Source: an uncultured bacterium
Lineage (GTDB): Bacteria; CAIJMQ01
Assembly: GCA_964573245.1 (NCBI GenBank)
Contig: CAZNJA010000008.1
Coordinates: 1 to 19,473 of the forward strand
DNA: 19,473 nt
Reading direction: 5' to 3'
Below are positions 1 to 7,982 of this stretch, piece after piece (position 1 is the first letter of the stretch; each line of letters starts with the position of its first letter). A program made the position numbers and the translations under genes. The notes beneath the pieces were generated by a model. The model had not been told where the DNA came from, made no database searches, and saw only the letters and a program-made list of their open reading frames with translations.

Positions 1-2
1 TT

Positions 3-134
3 GAAGACGAATCGTTAATCGCAGAACTTGAGACTGAAATGCTCAAAGCCGCCAAGGAATTGGAATTCGAAAAAGCCGCGGTTATCCGCGACGAAATAAA
101 AAGAATGAAGGAGAAGATGGCAAAGAATAAATAA
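3..134 (+). CDS. uvrB: 3' end of a UVR-domain protein, most likely excinuclease ABC subunit B (partial)
   Basis: Manual translation: EDESLIAELETEMLKAAKELEFEKAAVIRDEIKRMKEKMAKNK*. Matches the UVR motif L..EM..AA..LEFE.AA..RD.I at the extreme C-terminus; an McsA-like protein is the alternative. Confidence 0.75.
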   Translation, partial: EDESLIAELETEMLKAAKELEFEKAAVIRDEIKRMKEKMAKNK

Positions 135-290
135 CGGTTATCGGTTAGGGTTACGATACCCGTTTCGTCATTGGGTTATGTGTATCGTCTTTAAAACGTT
201 ACCGTCACCGTCAAACGATACGGGTCCGACGACTCCGTATGAGACGACACGTAGTGTCGGACTCCATCGGAGCTTCGTTACCGTTACCTT
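132..290. repeat. Structured intergenic element: nested inverted repeats plus short degenerate tandem repeats
   Basis: TAACGGT(132-138)/ACCGTTA(280-286); ACGATAC(153-159)/GTATCGT(182-188); CGACAC-GTA-GTGTCG(245-259); GTCCGAC(224-230)/GTCGGAC(256-262); tandem GGTTA units and CGTTAC/CGTCAC units. Confidence 0.6.
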
Positions 291-315
291 GTAACATAGT
301 TTATAGCTAATTCTT

Positions 316-759
316 ATGAAGAACATATTATCTTCTATATTATTAATATCTCTTCTATTATTAGGCGGTTGCGCTACTATGCAGCGTCCTCCCCCAAGAA
401 GCAGAAGAGAATCAACCATTACAATGACTGTTACAGCATATTGTCCCTGCGGGATATGTTGCGGTTATAAGAGAGGTTTTTGGGGAATACCCATCTACAC
501 CAGCGGGCCCTTAAAAGGGAAAGTAAAAAAAGTAGGCATAACCGCCGACGGAACAAAAGCAACAAAAGGAACAATCGCCGCAGATACTTCAAGATATCCT
601 TTCGGAACTTATATGTATGTGCCTGGCTACGGTTGGGGTGTTGTTCACGATGTGGGCGGAGATATCAAAGGAAACCACATCGATGTTTTTTTCCCGAAAC
701 ATCAACAAGCATTAAACTGGGGAAGGAAAAATTTGCAGGTAAAAGTTGTTTGGCAATGA
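316..759 (+). CDS. 3D-domain cell-wall protein, probable lipoprotein
   Basis: N-terminal hydrophobic segment ending LLGGC (lipobox-like). VTAYCPC..CC, GITADG, IAAD...PFGT, HDVGGDIKGNHIDVF carry the three conserved Asp of 3D domains. Confidence 0.85.
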   Translation: MKNILSSILLISLLLLGGCATMQRPPPRSRRESTITMTVTAYCPCGICCGYKRGFWGIPIYTSGPLKGKVKKVGITADGTKATKGTIAADTSRYPFGTYMYVPGYGWGVVHDVGGDIKGNHIDVFFPKHQQALNWGRKNLQVKVVWQ

Positions 760-768
760 ATAAAAAAC

Positions 769-876
769 AGTTATAAGTATTAAGTCATAAGTAATAAGTT
801 ACTACTTTACAACTAAAAAAATAAGTTTTAAGTTTTTAGTTAAAGACTTAGAACTTACTACTTACAACTTATAACT
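769..876. repeat. Inverted array of degenerate heptamer repeats (AGTnnTA / ACTTAnn) between convergent genes
   Basis: AGTTATA AGTATTA AGTCATA AGTAATA AGT (769-799) and ACTTAGA ACTTACT ACTTACA ACTTATA ACT (846-876). An alternative 16-bp stem 822-837/842-857 forms with two G-U pairs. Confidence 0.85.
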
Positions 877-1359
877 CCCAAAAAGTTTTCCTAAAAACTT
901 TTTGGCAAGTTCATATATCCCCGGCGATTTACTTTCTCTCGGCCCCGCCACATTCAACACTTTGATATTGTTTGCCATAATCCAGCCGCGAAAAATAAGA
1001 TTATAACCGAAAGAAACTGAGCCCTCTTTATCTAACTTATATTTCCCTAAATCCAGAATGAGAAAATGTTTTTCATGTTTCTTCGCGCATTCAACAGTGA
1101 AAGCTGTCCCGCCGCTAAGTTTCCCTGCATTTAAAATCAGCGTCCCGTCGGAATCGCGGACATTCCACTCTGTTCTGAGGGCATAATCTGAAGATTCCGT
1201 TTCTTTTAAAGGATAACGTTTCGCAATAAGTCCATCCTCTGCAATACGCCCTTTAGGACACCATCCGCCGCAGGAAATTTTGTATTTCAATGCAACATCA
1301 AGCGCCGCTCTATCAACACCTGTCTGCCCGCCTGAAACAATCTTTTTCAAACCCCTCAC
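862..1359 (-). CDS. Putative molybdenum carrier-like protein (SLOG superfamily, cpYpsA type)
   Basis: [49 protein letters not shown]. The GTG start overlaps the upstream TGA; TTG at 1350 is an alternative start. Confidence 0.85.
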   Translation of the reverse strand: MRGLKKIVSGGQTGVDRAALDVALKYKISCGGWCPKGRIAEDGLIAKRYPLKETESSDYALRTEWNVRDSDGTLILNAGKLSGGTAFTVECAKKHEKHFLILDLGKYKLDKEGSVSFGYNLIFRGWIMANNIKVLNVAGPRESKSPGIYELAKKFLGKLFGSYKL

Positions 1360-1805
1360 CTACTCTTTCTGTTTTTCAATTTCAATATTGAAATTGATAC
1401 ATAATAAGCAATTGTTCCTAATGTTATTCCAACAACCACTCCTCCTAAAAACAAGGAACCTGCAGCACTCCCCAACATTCTAAAATCAATTTCCTTAAAA
1501 GAACTGACTGTAAAAATTGTTGTAACTCCCAAGATTTTAGCCCCAATCCAATAATCAAAAAAATAAACAAAGGGGACTACAGGAATAAGAGAAAAGACGG
1601 TGCTTGCGGTAAATATAGCAATGATATTGACCTTTTTATACAAACCTCCTACCAAAACAACAAGCGCGGTTTTAAATCCTTGTAACGGCAACACTCCCAA
1701 AAAAGCGCCCGCTCCTATGCCGAGAGCGATCTCATGTGGACTTTTTCGGGAGAGAGTCTCTTTTTTAAGTTCGCTGTAAAGTTCTTTTAATTTCTTGCTT
1801 TTCAT
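1356..1805 (-). CDS. DUF2062-family membrane protein
   Basis: [21 protein letters not shown] motif and several TM segments. Start moved to ATG 1805 (MKSKK), which has AAGGA upstream and removes the overlap with the previous gene. Confidence 0.75.
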   Translation of the reverse strand: MKSKKLKELYSELKKETLSRKSPHEIALGIGAGAFLGVLPLQGFKTALVVLVGGLYKKVNIIAIFTASTVFSLIPVVPFVYFFDYWIGAKILGVTTIFTVSSFKEIDFRMLGSAAGSLFLGGVVVGITLGTIAYYVSISILKLKNRKSR

Positions 1806-1822
1806 CCATTTCCTTAAGCGTG

Positions 1823-2188
1823 CTATGCGGCAAAAATAAGCAATATGCCAAGCGTTACCGGAAGAAGGCCGGTAAGAGGCATCATTGCGCCCAGCTTTTT
1901 TTCCCATAGACTAAGAATATCTTTGGATTTTTTTAATCCGAGTGCAAATATAAGACCTCCTCCCAAAACAAACAAAACTCCTACTATAACAGTAAAAACC
2001 GTCCACCTGCAATGCGGTGAAGCAATCAAGAGAATAGCTCCCGATACCACTCGGAACACGCCTGCCCAATAAATTCTTTTGTCCTTTTTGAAATAAGCCA
2101 TAACTTTTTTGAACACTGCTGGGCTTGAAACAAGCGCTATGCCAAAAACCGCAAGAACTACTCCGAGCAATCTGACCAATATAAGCAT
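1823..2188 (-). CDS. Hypothetical membrane protein (about 4 TM helices)
   Basis: 121 aa with four hydrophobic stretches, strong SD (AAGGAGGGG) upstream of the ATG, and operon-like spacing. Confidence 0.75.
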   Translation of the reverse strand: MLILVRLLGVVLAVFGIALVSSPAVFKKVMAYFKKDKRIYWAGVFRVVSGAILLIASPHCRWTVFTVIVGVLFVLGGGLIFALGLKKSKDILSLWEKKLGAMMPLTGLLPVTLGILLIFAA

Positions 2189-2210
2189 AATCTACCCCTC
2201 CTTTCATTTA

Positions 2211-2951
2211 TTATTTTAAAGTATCTATCATCAATAAATGTCCGTTTTCTTTCAGCCATTTTCTGCTCTGTTTATAATCTTCGTGAGTTATTTTTACCCT
2301 GTCCCAAAACTTTTTGGAATGGTTTCTTTCTTTTAAATGAACCAATTCATGCACAACCACATAATCTATAATACATAACGGTGCCATAATCAGTCGCCAG
2401 TTTATATAAATATTTCCTTTGCTATTGCAGGAGCCCCAACGTCTTTTAGCATTGGATATACCGAACTTGTTATATTTATATACCAATAAATCCGAATAAA
2501 AATCCAACCTTTCTTTTATTTTTGAATAAGCCTGCTCCTTATACCAATCTATAAATAATTTCCTGGCAAATGGAATATATTCTCTCATCAGCCGAAATTC
2601 GTCATAAAACAAAAGAGGATGCGCCGAACTTTCTAAAATAACAAGAGGATATTTTTCGCCCAAATATAAAAACTCGTCTCTTCCCAAGAAATTTTTAGGA
2701 AATGTCTGCAAACGTTTTTCTCTTGCAACCCTCTGTTTGCTTGTTATCCAATCCCTTTTCAAAAAGACTATGTTTTGGATTTCATTCAGGGAAATATTTA
2801 ACGGAGCGCGAATTATCAAAGAAGCATCACGGGAAATTTCCAATCCTAGTGTCCTACGTCTTGAACGAATTATTTTATCTATCTTGACTGCAAGGTCCCC
2901 CCGTTTTGATTTCCGAAAGAAATCAGGGGGGAGAACTTTTTTACTTGACAT
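2211..2951 (-). CDS. YgjP/DUF45 (M48-like) zinc metallohydrolase
   Basis: RSRRRTL.LEI, RWGSC, NWRLIMAP..IIDYVVVHELVHL...NHS..FW (HExxH). Confidence 0.9.
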   Translation of the reverse strand: MSSKKVLPPDFFRKSKRGDLAVKIDKIIRSRRRTLGLEISRDASLIIRAPLNISLNEIQNIVFLKRDWITSKQRVAREKRLQTFPKNFLGRDEFLYLGEKYPLVILESSAHPLLFYDEFRLMREYIPFARKLFIDWYKEQAYSKIKERLDFYSDLLVYKYNKFGISNAKRRWGSCNSKGNIYINWRLIMAPLCIIDYVVVHELVHLKERNHSKKFWDRVKITHEDYKQSRKWLKENGHLLMIDTLK

Positions 2952-2959
2952 TTTTTATG

Positions 2960-2988
2960 ATTATACCCACTTTTGCTTTTCTTGTCAG
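2960..2988 (-). promoter_or_regulatory. Sigma70-type promoter of the YgjP-like operon
   Basis: Minus strand CTGACA (2988-2983), 17-nt spacer, TATAAT (2965-2960). Confidence 0.65.
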
Positions 2989-3010
2989 GAATATAGTGCT
3001 TATTATTTAG

Positions 3011-3016
3011 TATAAT
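3011..3016 (+). promoter_or_regulatory. Candidate -10 element for fxsA
   Basis: Perfect TATAAT 28 nt upstream of the fxsA ATG; no good -35 at 17-nt spacing. Confidence 0.35.
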
Positions 3017-3044
3017 AGAAAATATCTAACGGGGGAAACAGCCA

Positions 3045-3452
3045 ATGTTGGGATATTTAATCTTGCTTTTTACTTTGGTTCCGATTATAGAGCTGGCGAT
3101 TTTAATAGAAATCGGCAAACATATAGGCGTATTCTATACGCTTGCTATCGTGATAATTACAGGCGTACTGGGAGCAATCCTTGCAAAAGAACAGGGTCTA
3201 AGAACTCTCAAAAAAATAGAAACCGACATAAACAGCGGTATAATGCCAAGCGAGCAGATATTTGACGGTGTAATGATTCTATGCGGAGGAATACTATTGC
3301 TTACGCCGGGACTTTTAACCGATATTATCGGATTTTTAACACTTATTCCTATTACCAGAAATTTGATAAAAAAATGGCTTAAGAAAAAGATACGAGAAAT
3401 AATGGATGAGGGCAGGGTTATCACAATAACTTCGTTTAAATCAAAGGATTAA
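3045..3452 (+). CDS. fxsA: FxsA family membrane protein
   Basis: VPIIELAILIEIG, GGILLLTPGLLTD..G.L.LIP.TR; SD GGGGGA upstream. Confidence 0.92.
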   Translation: MLGYLILLFTLVPIIELAILIEIGKHIGVFYTLAIVIITGVLGAILAKEQGLRTLKKIETDINSGIMPSEQIFDGVMILCGGILLLTPGLLTDIIGFLTLIPITRNLIKKWLKKKIREIMDEGRVITITSFKSKD

Positions 3453-3536
3453 GATTTTTCGGCAATTTCTTTCAATACGGTATGCTTTCCCATGAATAAT
3501 CATTCAAAAATAGTTCTTAAAGTTTGTGGCCGCTGC

Positions 3537-4610
3537 CTATCTGTGCTTTTTGATATTTTTGATTATTTCAAGCACTAAGTTGGAAAAAACATAATAAGAG
3601 TCTTCTTTCGCAAGTAAATCTTTTTTTGCCAAAGAAATCAGGCTGCTAGCGGCTCTTTGCTTCGTCAAGTGACATAATTGCTGACATTTTCCGTTGTCGA
3701 TGTCTCCTTCAAAAAAAACATAACCGATAATTTTTTCCTGACAATCGTCGAGTTTATAAAATTTTAATTGCTCGATTAATAACTCCAGCTGTATAATGTC
3801 TTCGGCTTTATCCCTAATTTTTGAGATTTGGAACTGTAGTCCTTTGACAAAATATTCAAGCCACAAGGTCAAATCCATATCATTTTGACTAACAGAACGA
3901 ATCGCCTCATAATAAGCGGCTCTATCCTTATCGTAATACTCCGATATACTGAAAAGTCGTTTAAAATCGTACCCTTTTTTGTAAAGAATTAAGGTTGCCA
4001 AAAGCCGCGCAGTCCTGCCGTTTCCATCAACGAAAGGATGAATGTTAACAAGTTGCATTTGGGCAATACCCGCAACAAAAACGGGTGATAAAAAATCCTT
4101 TTTTTTATTAAGCCACATTATAAATTCTTTCATCAATTGTGGTACTTGAGAAGGAGGCGGAGGAGTATAAATAATTTCCTGCGTTTGCAGGTCAACAACA
4201 TGATTTTGGACTTTGCGATAATTGCCAGGGTCGGCTTCGCCATTTCCTACTTCCTTGACCGTTATTCTATGAAGTTCTTTGATTAGACGTTCAGTAATAG
4301 GTGTGTCCGTATTCAAATGTTTGCTAACAAAATCCAAAGCTTCTCTATAGTTTAGTAATTCTTGTCTATCTTCGGAATTTGCACCTTTAACTGGGATCTC
4401 TTCTAATATATCTCTTGATTGACTTAAAGTCAGTGCCGTTCCCTCAATATGCGTAGAGCAATGAGATTCGAGAATAAGCACTTCATTCTGCATATCCAAC
4501 AGCCAATGTTCTTTGTATTTGATTGCATCTAAAAAGCCTCTCACCCTTTCTATTTCTAAGATTGAGTGATTAACTTTAGGTAGAATACTAAATTCAAAAG
4601 AAAATGACAT
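3537..4610 (-). CDS. Fic family protein (class II, N-terminal inhibitory motif, probable C-terminal wHTH)
   Basis: Catalytic HPFVDGNGRTAR; inhibitory (S/T)xxxE(G/N) motif as STHIEG. Confidence 0.92.
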   Translation of the reverse strand: MSFSFEFSILPKVNHSILEIERVRGFLDAIKYKEHWLLDMQNEVLILESHCSTHIEGTALTLSQSRDILEEIPVKGANSEDRQELLNYREALDFVSKHLNTDTPITERLIKELHRITVKEVGNGEADPGNYRKVQNHVVDLQTQEIIYTPPPPSQVPQLMKEFIMWLNKKKDFLSPVFVAGIAQMQLVNIHPFVDGNGRTARLLATLILYKKGYDFKRLFSISEYYDKDRAAYYEAIRSVSQNDMDLTLWLEYFVKGLQFQISKIRDKAEDIIQLELLIEQLKFYKLDDCQEKIIGYVFFEGDIDNGKCQQLCHLTKQRAASSLISLAKKDLLAKEDSYYVFSNLVLEIIKNIKKHR

Positions 4611-4616
4611 AAATAA

Positions 4617-4622
4617 ATTATA
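4617..4622 (-). promoter_or_regulatory. Candidate -10 element for a leaderless fic transcript
   Basis: TATAAT-ttattt-ATG on the minus strand; no SD at normal spacing. Confidence 0.4.
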
Positions 4623-4642
4623 CTCTATTAGTCAATATCCTA

Positions 4643-5818
4643 TTACTTTTTGAGATGTTTTATCAAGGCGGGAATTACTTCGAATAAGTCGCCTACTATT
4701 CCGTAAGTAGCAATGTCAAATATAGGGGCTTCAGGGTCTTTATTTATTGCTACTATTATGTCCGATGAACGCATGCCTACTTGATGTTGGATAGCACCAG
4801 AAATGCCACAGGCAATATAAAGTTTCGGTTGAACAGTTTTACCTGTTTGTCCGACTTGATGGTATGAAGGAATCCAACCAGCATCGACAGTCGCCCTCGA
4901 CGCTCCAACTGCCCCGCCTAAAAATTTTGCCAATTCCTCTATGATAGCAAAGTTTTCTTTTTTGCCTATTCCTCTGCCTCCGGAAACAACGATATCCGAT
5001 TCTTGAAGGTCAAGCACTTCTTTCTCTTCCCTTATGGTTTGTAGGATTTTTGTCAGTTGGTCCTTGGCATCAAGAGACGGATTTATAGTTATGATTGCGC
5101 CTTTTCTTGTCTGAACGATAGGCGGTTTTTTCATTATTTTGGGACGAACTGTCGCCATCTGCGGCCGCATTTCAGGCGTTATAATCGTAGCCATTATGTT
5201 CCCGCCAAAAGCGGGACGTGTTTGAAGCAGAAATCTTTTATCTATATCAACATCAAGTTCGGTGCAGTCCGCTGTAAGTCCCGTATTTAGACGACCTGCA
5301 ATGCGGGGAGCCAGTGACCTTCCCAATGAAGTTGCTCCAAAAAGAATGATTTCGGGTTTTTCTTTTTCAGCCAAATCGGAAAATGCTTTGGTGATAAGTC
5401 CTATTTCAGCAGTATTCAGGCGGGGGTCTTTTAATATAAAAACTTTATCTGCGCCATGCTGGATAAGACCCTGGGCATCTGTTTCGGAATGGTCTCCGGC
5501 AAGAACTGACACCAACTCAACGCCTAATTTATCCGCTATATCTCTGCCACAAGATAACAACTCTATTCCTACATCATGAAGCAAGTCGCCTTTTCTTTCG
5601 GCAAAAACCCAAACACCTTTATATCCCTCTTTTGCTTTTTTTTCTTCCTTCGTTATGACTATAGCAGCGAATTTGCAAGCATCCACGCAAGCGCCGCAAA
5701 GTGTGCAGTTTGAGAGGATTATGGCTTTCCTGTTTTTGATTTCGATTGCATTTACGGGACAAACTTTCAAACACAATCTACAACCAGTGCATTTATCGTC
5801 TATTACTTTGATGCCCAT
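4643..5818 (-). CDS. etfA: Electron transfer flavoprotein alpha subunit with N-terminal 2x[4Fe-4S] ferredoxin domain
   Basis: CTGCRLCLKVCP and CTLCGACVDACK; TGLTADCT, QTRPAFGGNIMATI, QMATVRP, VSGGRG, QVGQTGKTV.PKLYIACGISGAIQH. Confidence 0.93.
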   Translation of the reverse strand: MGIKVIDDKCTGCRLCLKVCPVNAIEIKNRKAIILSNCTLCGACVDACKFAAIVITKEEKKAKEGYKGVWVFAERKGDLLHDVGIELLSCGRDIADKLGVELVSVLAGDHSETDAQGLIQHGADKVFILKDPRLNTAEIGLITKAFSDLAEKEKPEIILFGATSLGRSLAPRIAGRLNTGLTADCTELDVDIDKRFLLQTRPAFGGNIMATIITPEMRPQMATVRPKIMKKPPIVQTRKGAIITINPSLDAKDQLTKILQTIREEKEVLDLQESDIVVSGGRGIGKKENFAIIEELAKFLGGAVGASRATVDAGWIPSYHQVGQTGKTVQPKLYIACGISGAIQHQVGMRSSDIIVAINKDPEAPIFDIATYGIVGDLFEVIPALIKHLKK

Positions 5819-5849
5819 TATTCAGAGATAAAAAAAAGCAAAAACCAAA

Positions 5850-6281
5850 TTACGATATTTTTTCTGTTTTTTGCTTTTTGTCTTTCGTACTCGTTATTTG
5901 GCCAGCAGGCGCATTTTTTGAACTGTCTTGTACAAGTAGTTCCACCATTACTATTTTAGCCCCGTCACCTTTGCGAATTCCTACCCTAAACAATCTAAGA
6001 TAACCGCCTTTACGATTGGCCAATCCCGGAAGAATTTTTTGAAAAAAATTTATAGAAATCTTATCGTTGGTAATATATGACGAAACTTTTCTACGGGAAG
6101 CTAAATCACCCTTTTTTGCTTTTTCTATAAGACTATTACCAATCCTTATTAATTCTTTGCCTCTTATTTCAGTCGTTTTTATTTTGCCATGGGCAAGAAG
6201 CGAAGTAAATAAATTCTTCAAGAAAGCTTTTCTGCGAGCCGTATTCATCCCAAGTTTTCTCTTTTTGTTAAGGTGTCTCAT
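5850..6281 (-). CDS. rplQ: 50S ribosomal protein L17
   Basis: MRH....KLG....R.A, KIKTT, R.GGYLR, GIRKGDGA; follows rpoA. Confidence 0.96.
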   Translation of the reverse strand: MRHLNKKRKLGMNTARRKAFLKNLFTSLLAHGKIKTTEIRGKELIRIGNSLIEKAKKGDLASRRKVSSYITNDKISINFFQKILPGLANRKGGYLRLFRVGIRKGDGAKIVMVELLVQDSSKNAPAGQITSTKDKKQKTEKIS

Positions 6282-6293
6282 CTTTAAAATGTA

Positions 6294-7280
6294 TTATTTT
6301 TCTTCCGTTTTTTTAAATGAAAGCCCAAGTTTAGAAAGCAAGCCACTTAATTCATCAAGAGATTTCTTCCCGAAATTTTTAAGCTGCATCATATCCTCTT
6401 CAGTTCTTTTTACTAAATCGCTTAATGTTTTTATGTTCCCCACCTTCAGGCAGTTCATTGAACGGACTGAAAGATCAAATTCAGAAAGATTTTTAGATAG
6501 CAATCCTTTCTTATCTTCTTTTTTGTTTTCCTTCAGGGTCTCTTTTTCTATTTCTTCCGCAACATCTTCTTTCCTCAAATTATTCGCAATAAACTCAAAG
6601 TGTCTAATTAAGACCTCCGTTGCATATTCCAACGCTTTGTCAGGAGTTATAGCTCCGTTTGTCCAGATTTCCAAAGCTAATTTTTCGTAATCTATTCTAT
6701 CCCCGACCCGTGTATTTTCCACCTTGAAATCCACTTTTTTAACAGGAGAAAATAGCGCATCAACAGCAATAGTCCCTACAGGCATATCCGCAACAGACAT
6801 TTTTTGGGCTTGCATATAACTTTTGCCTCTTTCCACTTGAATATTAATTTTTAAACGTTTGCCCTTGCCCAATGAAGCAAGATGAAGATGTGGATTGAGA
6901 ATTTCGACGGTTTTGTCAGTTTTTATATCTCCTGCTCTGATTTCGCCCTCACCCTGCACATCAAGCGAAACTTCTTTCTTACCGCTTCCTTCCTCATAAA
7001 CTTTTATAATTGTTTGTTTAAGATTTGCAATCAATTGAGGAACGTCTTCCAAAACACCGGGTATACTCGAAAATTCATGTTTTACGCCTTCTATGTTAAT
7101 TGAAGTTATAGCTGCACCAGGGATGCAGAAAAGAAGCATTCTTCTTAAAGAATTCCCCAATGTTGTGGCAAATCCTCTTTCAAAAGAGTACATTACAACT
7201 TTCCCATAAGAATCAGTCAATTTTTCCCACTCTAATTTTTCCGGCATAATTATAAATTCAATCTTGCTATTTTCTTCCAT
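6294..7280 (-). CDS. rpoA: RNA polymerase alpha subunit
   Basis: ERGFATTLGNSLRR, GVKHEFSSIPGVLEDV, DALFSPV, alpha-CTD LSVRSMNCL and NFGKKSL. Confidence 0.97.
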   Translation of the reverse strand: MEENSKIEFIIMPEKLEWEKLTDSYGKVVMYSFERGFATTLGNSLRRMLLFCIPGAAITSINIEGVKHEFSSIPGVLEDVPQLIANLKQTIIKVYEEGSGKKEVSLDVQGEGEIRAGDIKTDKTVEILNPHLHLASLGKGKRLKINIQVERGKSYMQAQKMSVADMPVGTIAVDALFSPVKKVDFKVENTRVGDRIDYEKLALEIWTNGAITPDKALEYATEVLIRHFEFIANNLRKEDVAEEIEKETLKENKKEDKKGLLSKNLSEFDLSVRSMNCLKVGNIKTLSDLVKRTEEDMMQLKNFGKKSLDELSGLLSKLGLSFKKTEEK

Positions 7281-7342
7281 AGTGATTATCCCCTTTTTAA
7301 ACCGTTATAATTTTTTTTATTAACACAGGCAACAAATTAAAA

Positions 7343-7981
7343 TTAACGAGAATAAAACTCAACAATTAAATTTTCTTCTACGGGAACGGAAATTTCTTCT
7401 CGTTTTGGAACTCTCAATATTTTCCCTTCAGATTTTTTGCTGTCTACTGAAAGCCATAAAGGTATTTCCATCTCTGTTTTAACAGGTAGGCTCTTATCGA
7501 ATTTTCCCTGCCTTTTTGGATCTAATTTAATGATTTCTCCTTCTTTCACAAGATAGGAGGGAATGTTAACTTTCTTCCCCCCGACGATAAAAAATTTATG
7601 ACCCACAAGTTGTCTTGCATGCGCTCTGGAATTTGCAAATCCCATTTTAAAAACGACATTGTCAATCCTTCTTTCCAAAAGAGTCAAAAACACTTCTCCA
7701 GTATTACCTTTTTTCTTTGAAGCAATATTGAATAGATTTTTGAAACTTTTCTCCGAAAGGCCGTAAATTCTTCTTAGTTTTTGTTTTTCCGCAAGTCTAA
7801 CACCATAATCTGACAATTTGGTCCTTCTTCTGGAAGTTCTACCAACAGTTCTGCTTCTTTTGCTGCTTTTTTCAGATTTTCTGGTAATAGCACATTTGCT
7901 CGTATAGCATCTTGCTCCTTTTAAGAACAATTTTTCATTAGCGCTTTTACATAACTTACAACTTGGTCCAGTATACTTCAT
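7343..7981 (-). CDS. rpsD: 30S ribosomal protein S4 (zinc-binding Cys form)
   Basis: MKYTGPSCKLC...LFLKGARC...KC, EKQKLRRIYG, LERRIDNVV, IVEFYSR. Start corrected to ATG 7981, just after the rpsK stop. Confidence 0.96.
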   Translation of the reverse strand: MKYTGPSCKLCKSANEKLFLKGARCYTSKCAITRKSEKSSKRSRTVGRTSRRRTKLSDYGVRLAEKQKLRRIYGLSEKSFKNLFNIASKKKGNTGEVFLTLLERRIDNVVFKMGFANSRAHARQLVGHKFFIVGGKKVNIPSYLVKEGEIIKLDPKRQGKFDKSLPVKTEMEIPLWLSVDSKKSEGKILRVPKREEISVPVEENLIVEFYSR

Positions 7982-7982
7982 T

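Noticed and set aside
214..279. Cloverleaf-like fold as a tRNA
   Set aside because: No T-arm GTTCRA, no D-loop GG in place, no 7-nt anticodon loop and no CCA end.
168..419. 83-aa minus-strand ORF across the structured spacer
   Set aside because: Antisense to the 3D gene start, runs through repeats, and has no recognisable motif.
769..876. Repeat array as CRISPR
   Set aside because: 7-nt period with no 25-40 nt repeats or unique spacers, and no cas genes.
1806..1907. Long N-terminus of the DUF2062 ORF and the 1911..2207 ORF
   Set aside because: Both overlap the 1823..2188 membrane gene in another frame; ATG 1805 has its own SD.
2945..2950. TTGACA on the + strand as the fxsA -35
   Set aside because: No -10 at 16-18 nt spacing; it overlaps the reverse complement of the YgjP start codon.
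3449..3493. Mini-ORF MGKHTVLKEIAEKS downstream of fic as an antitoxin or gene remnant
   Set aside because: Only 14 codons with no SD, and the Fic protein already carries its own inhibitory motif.
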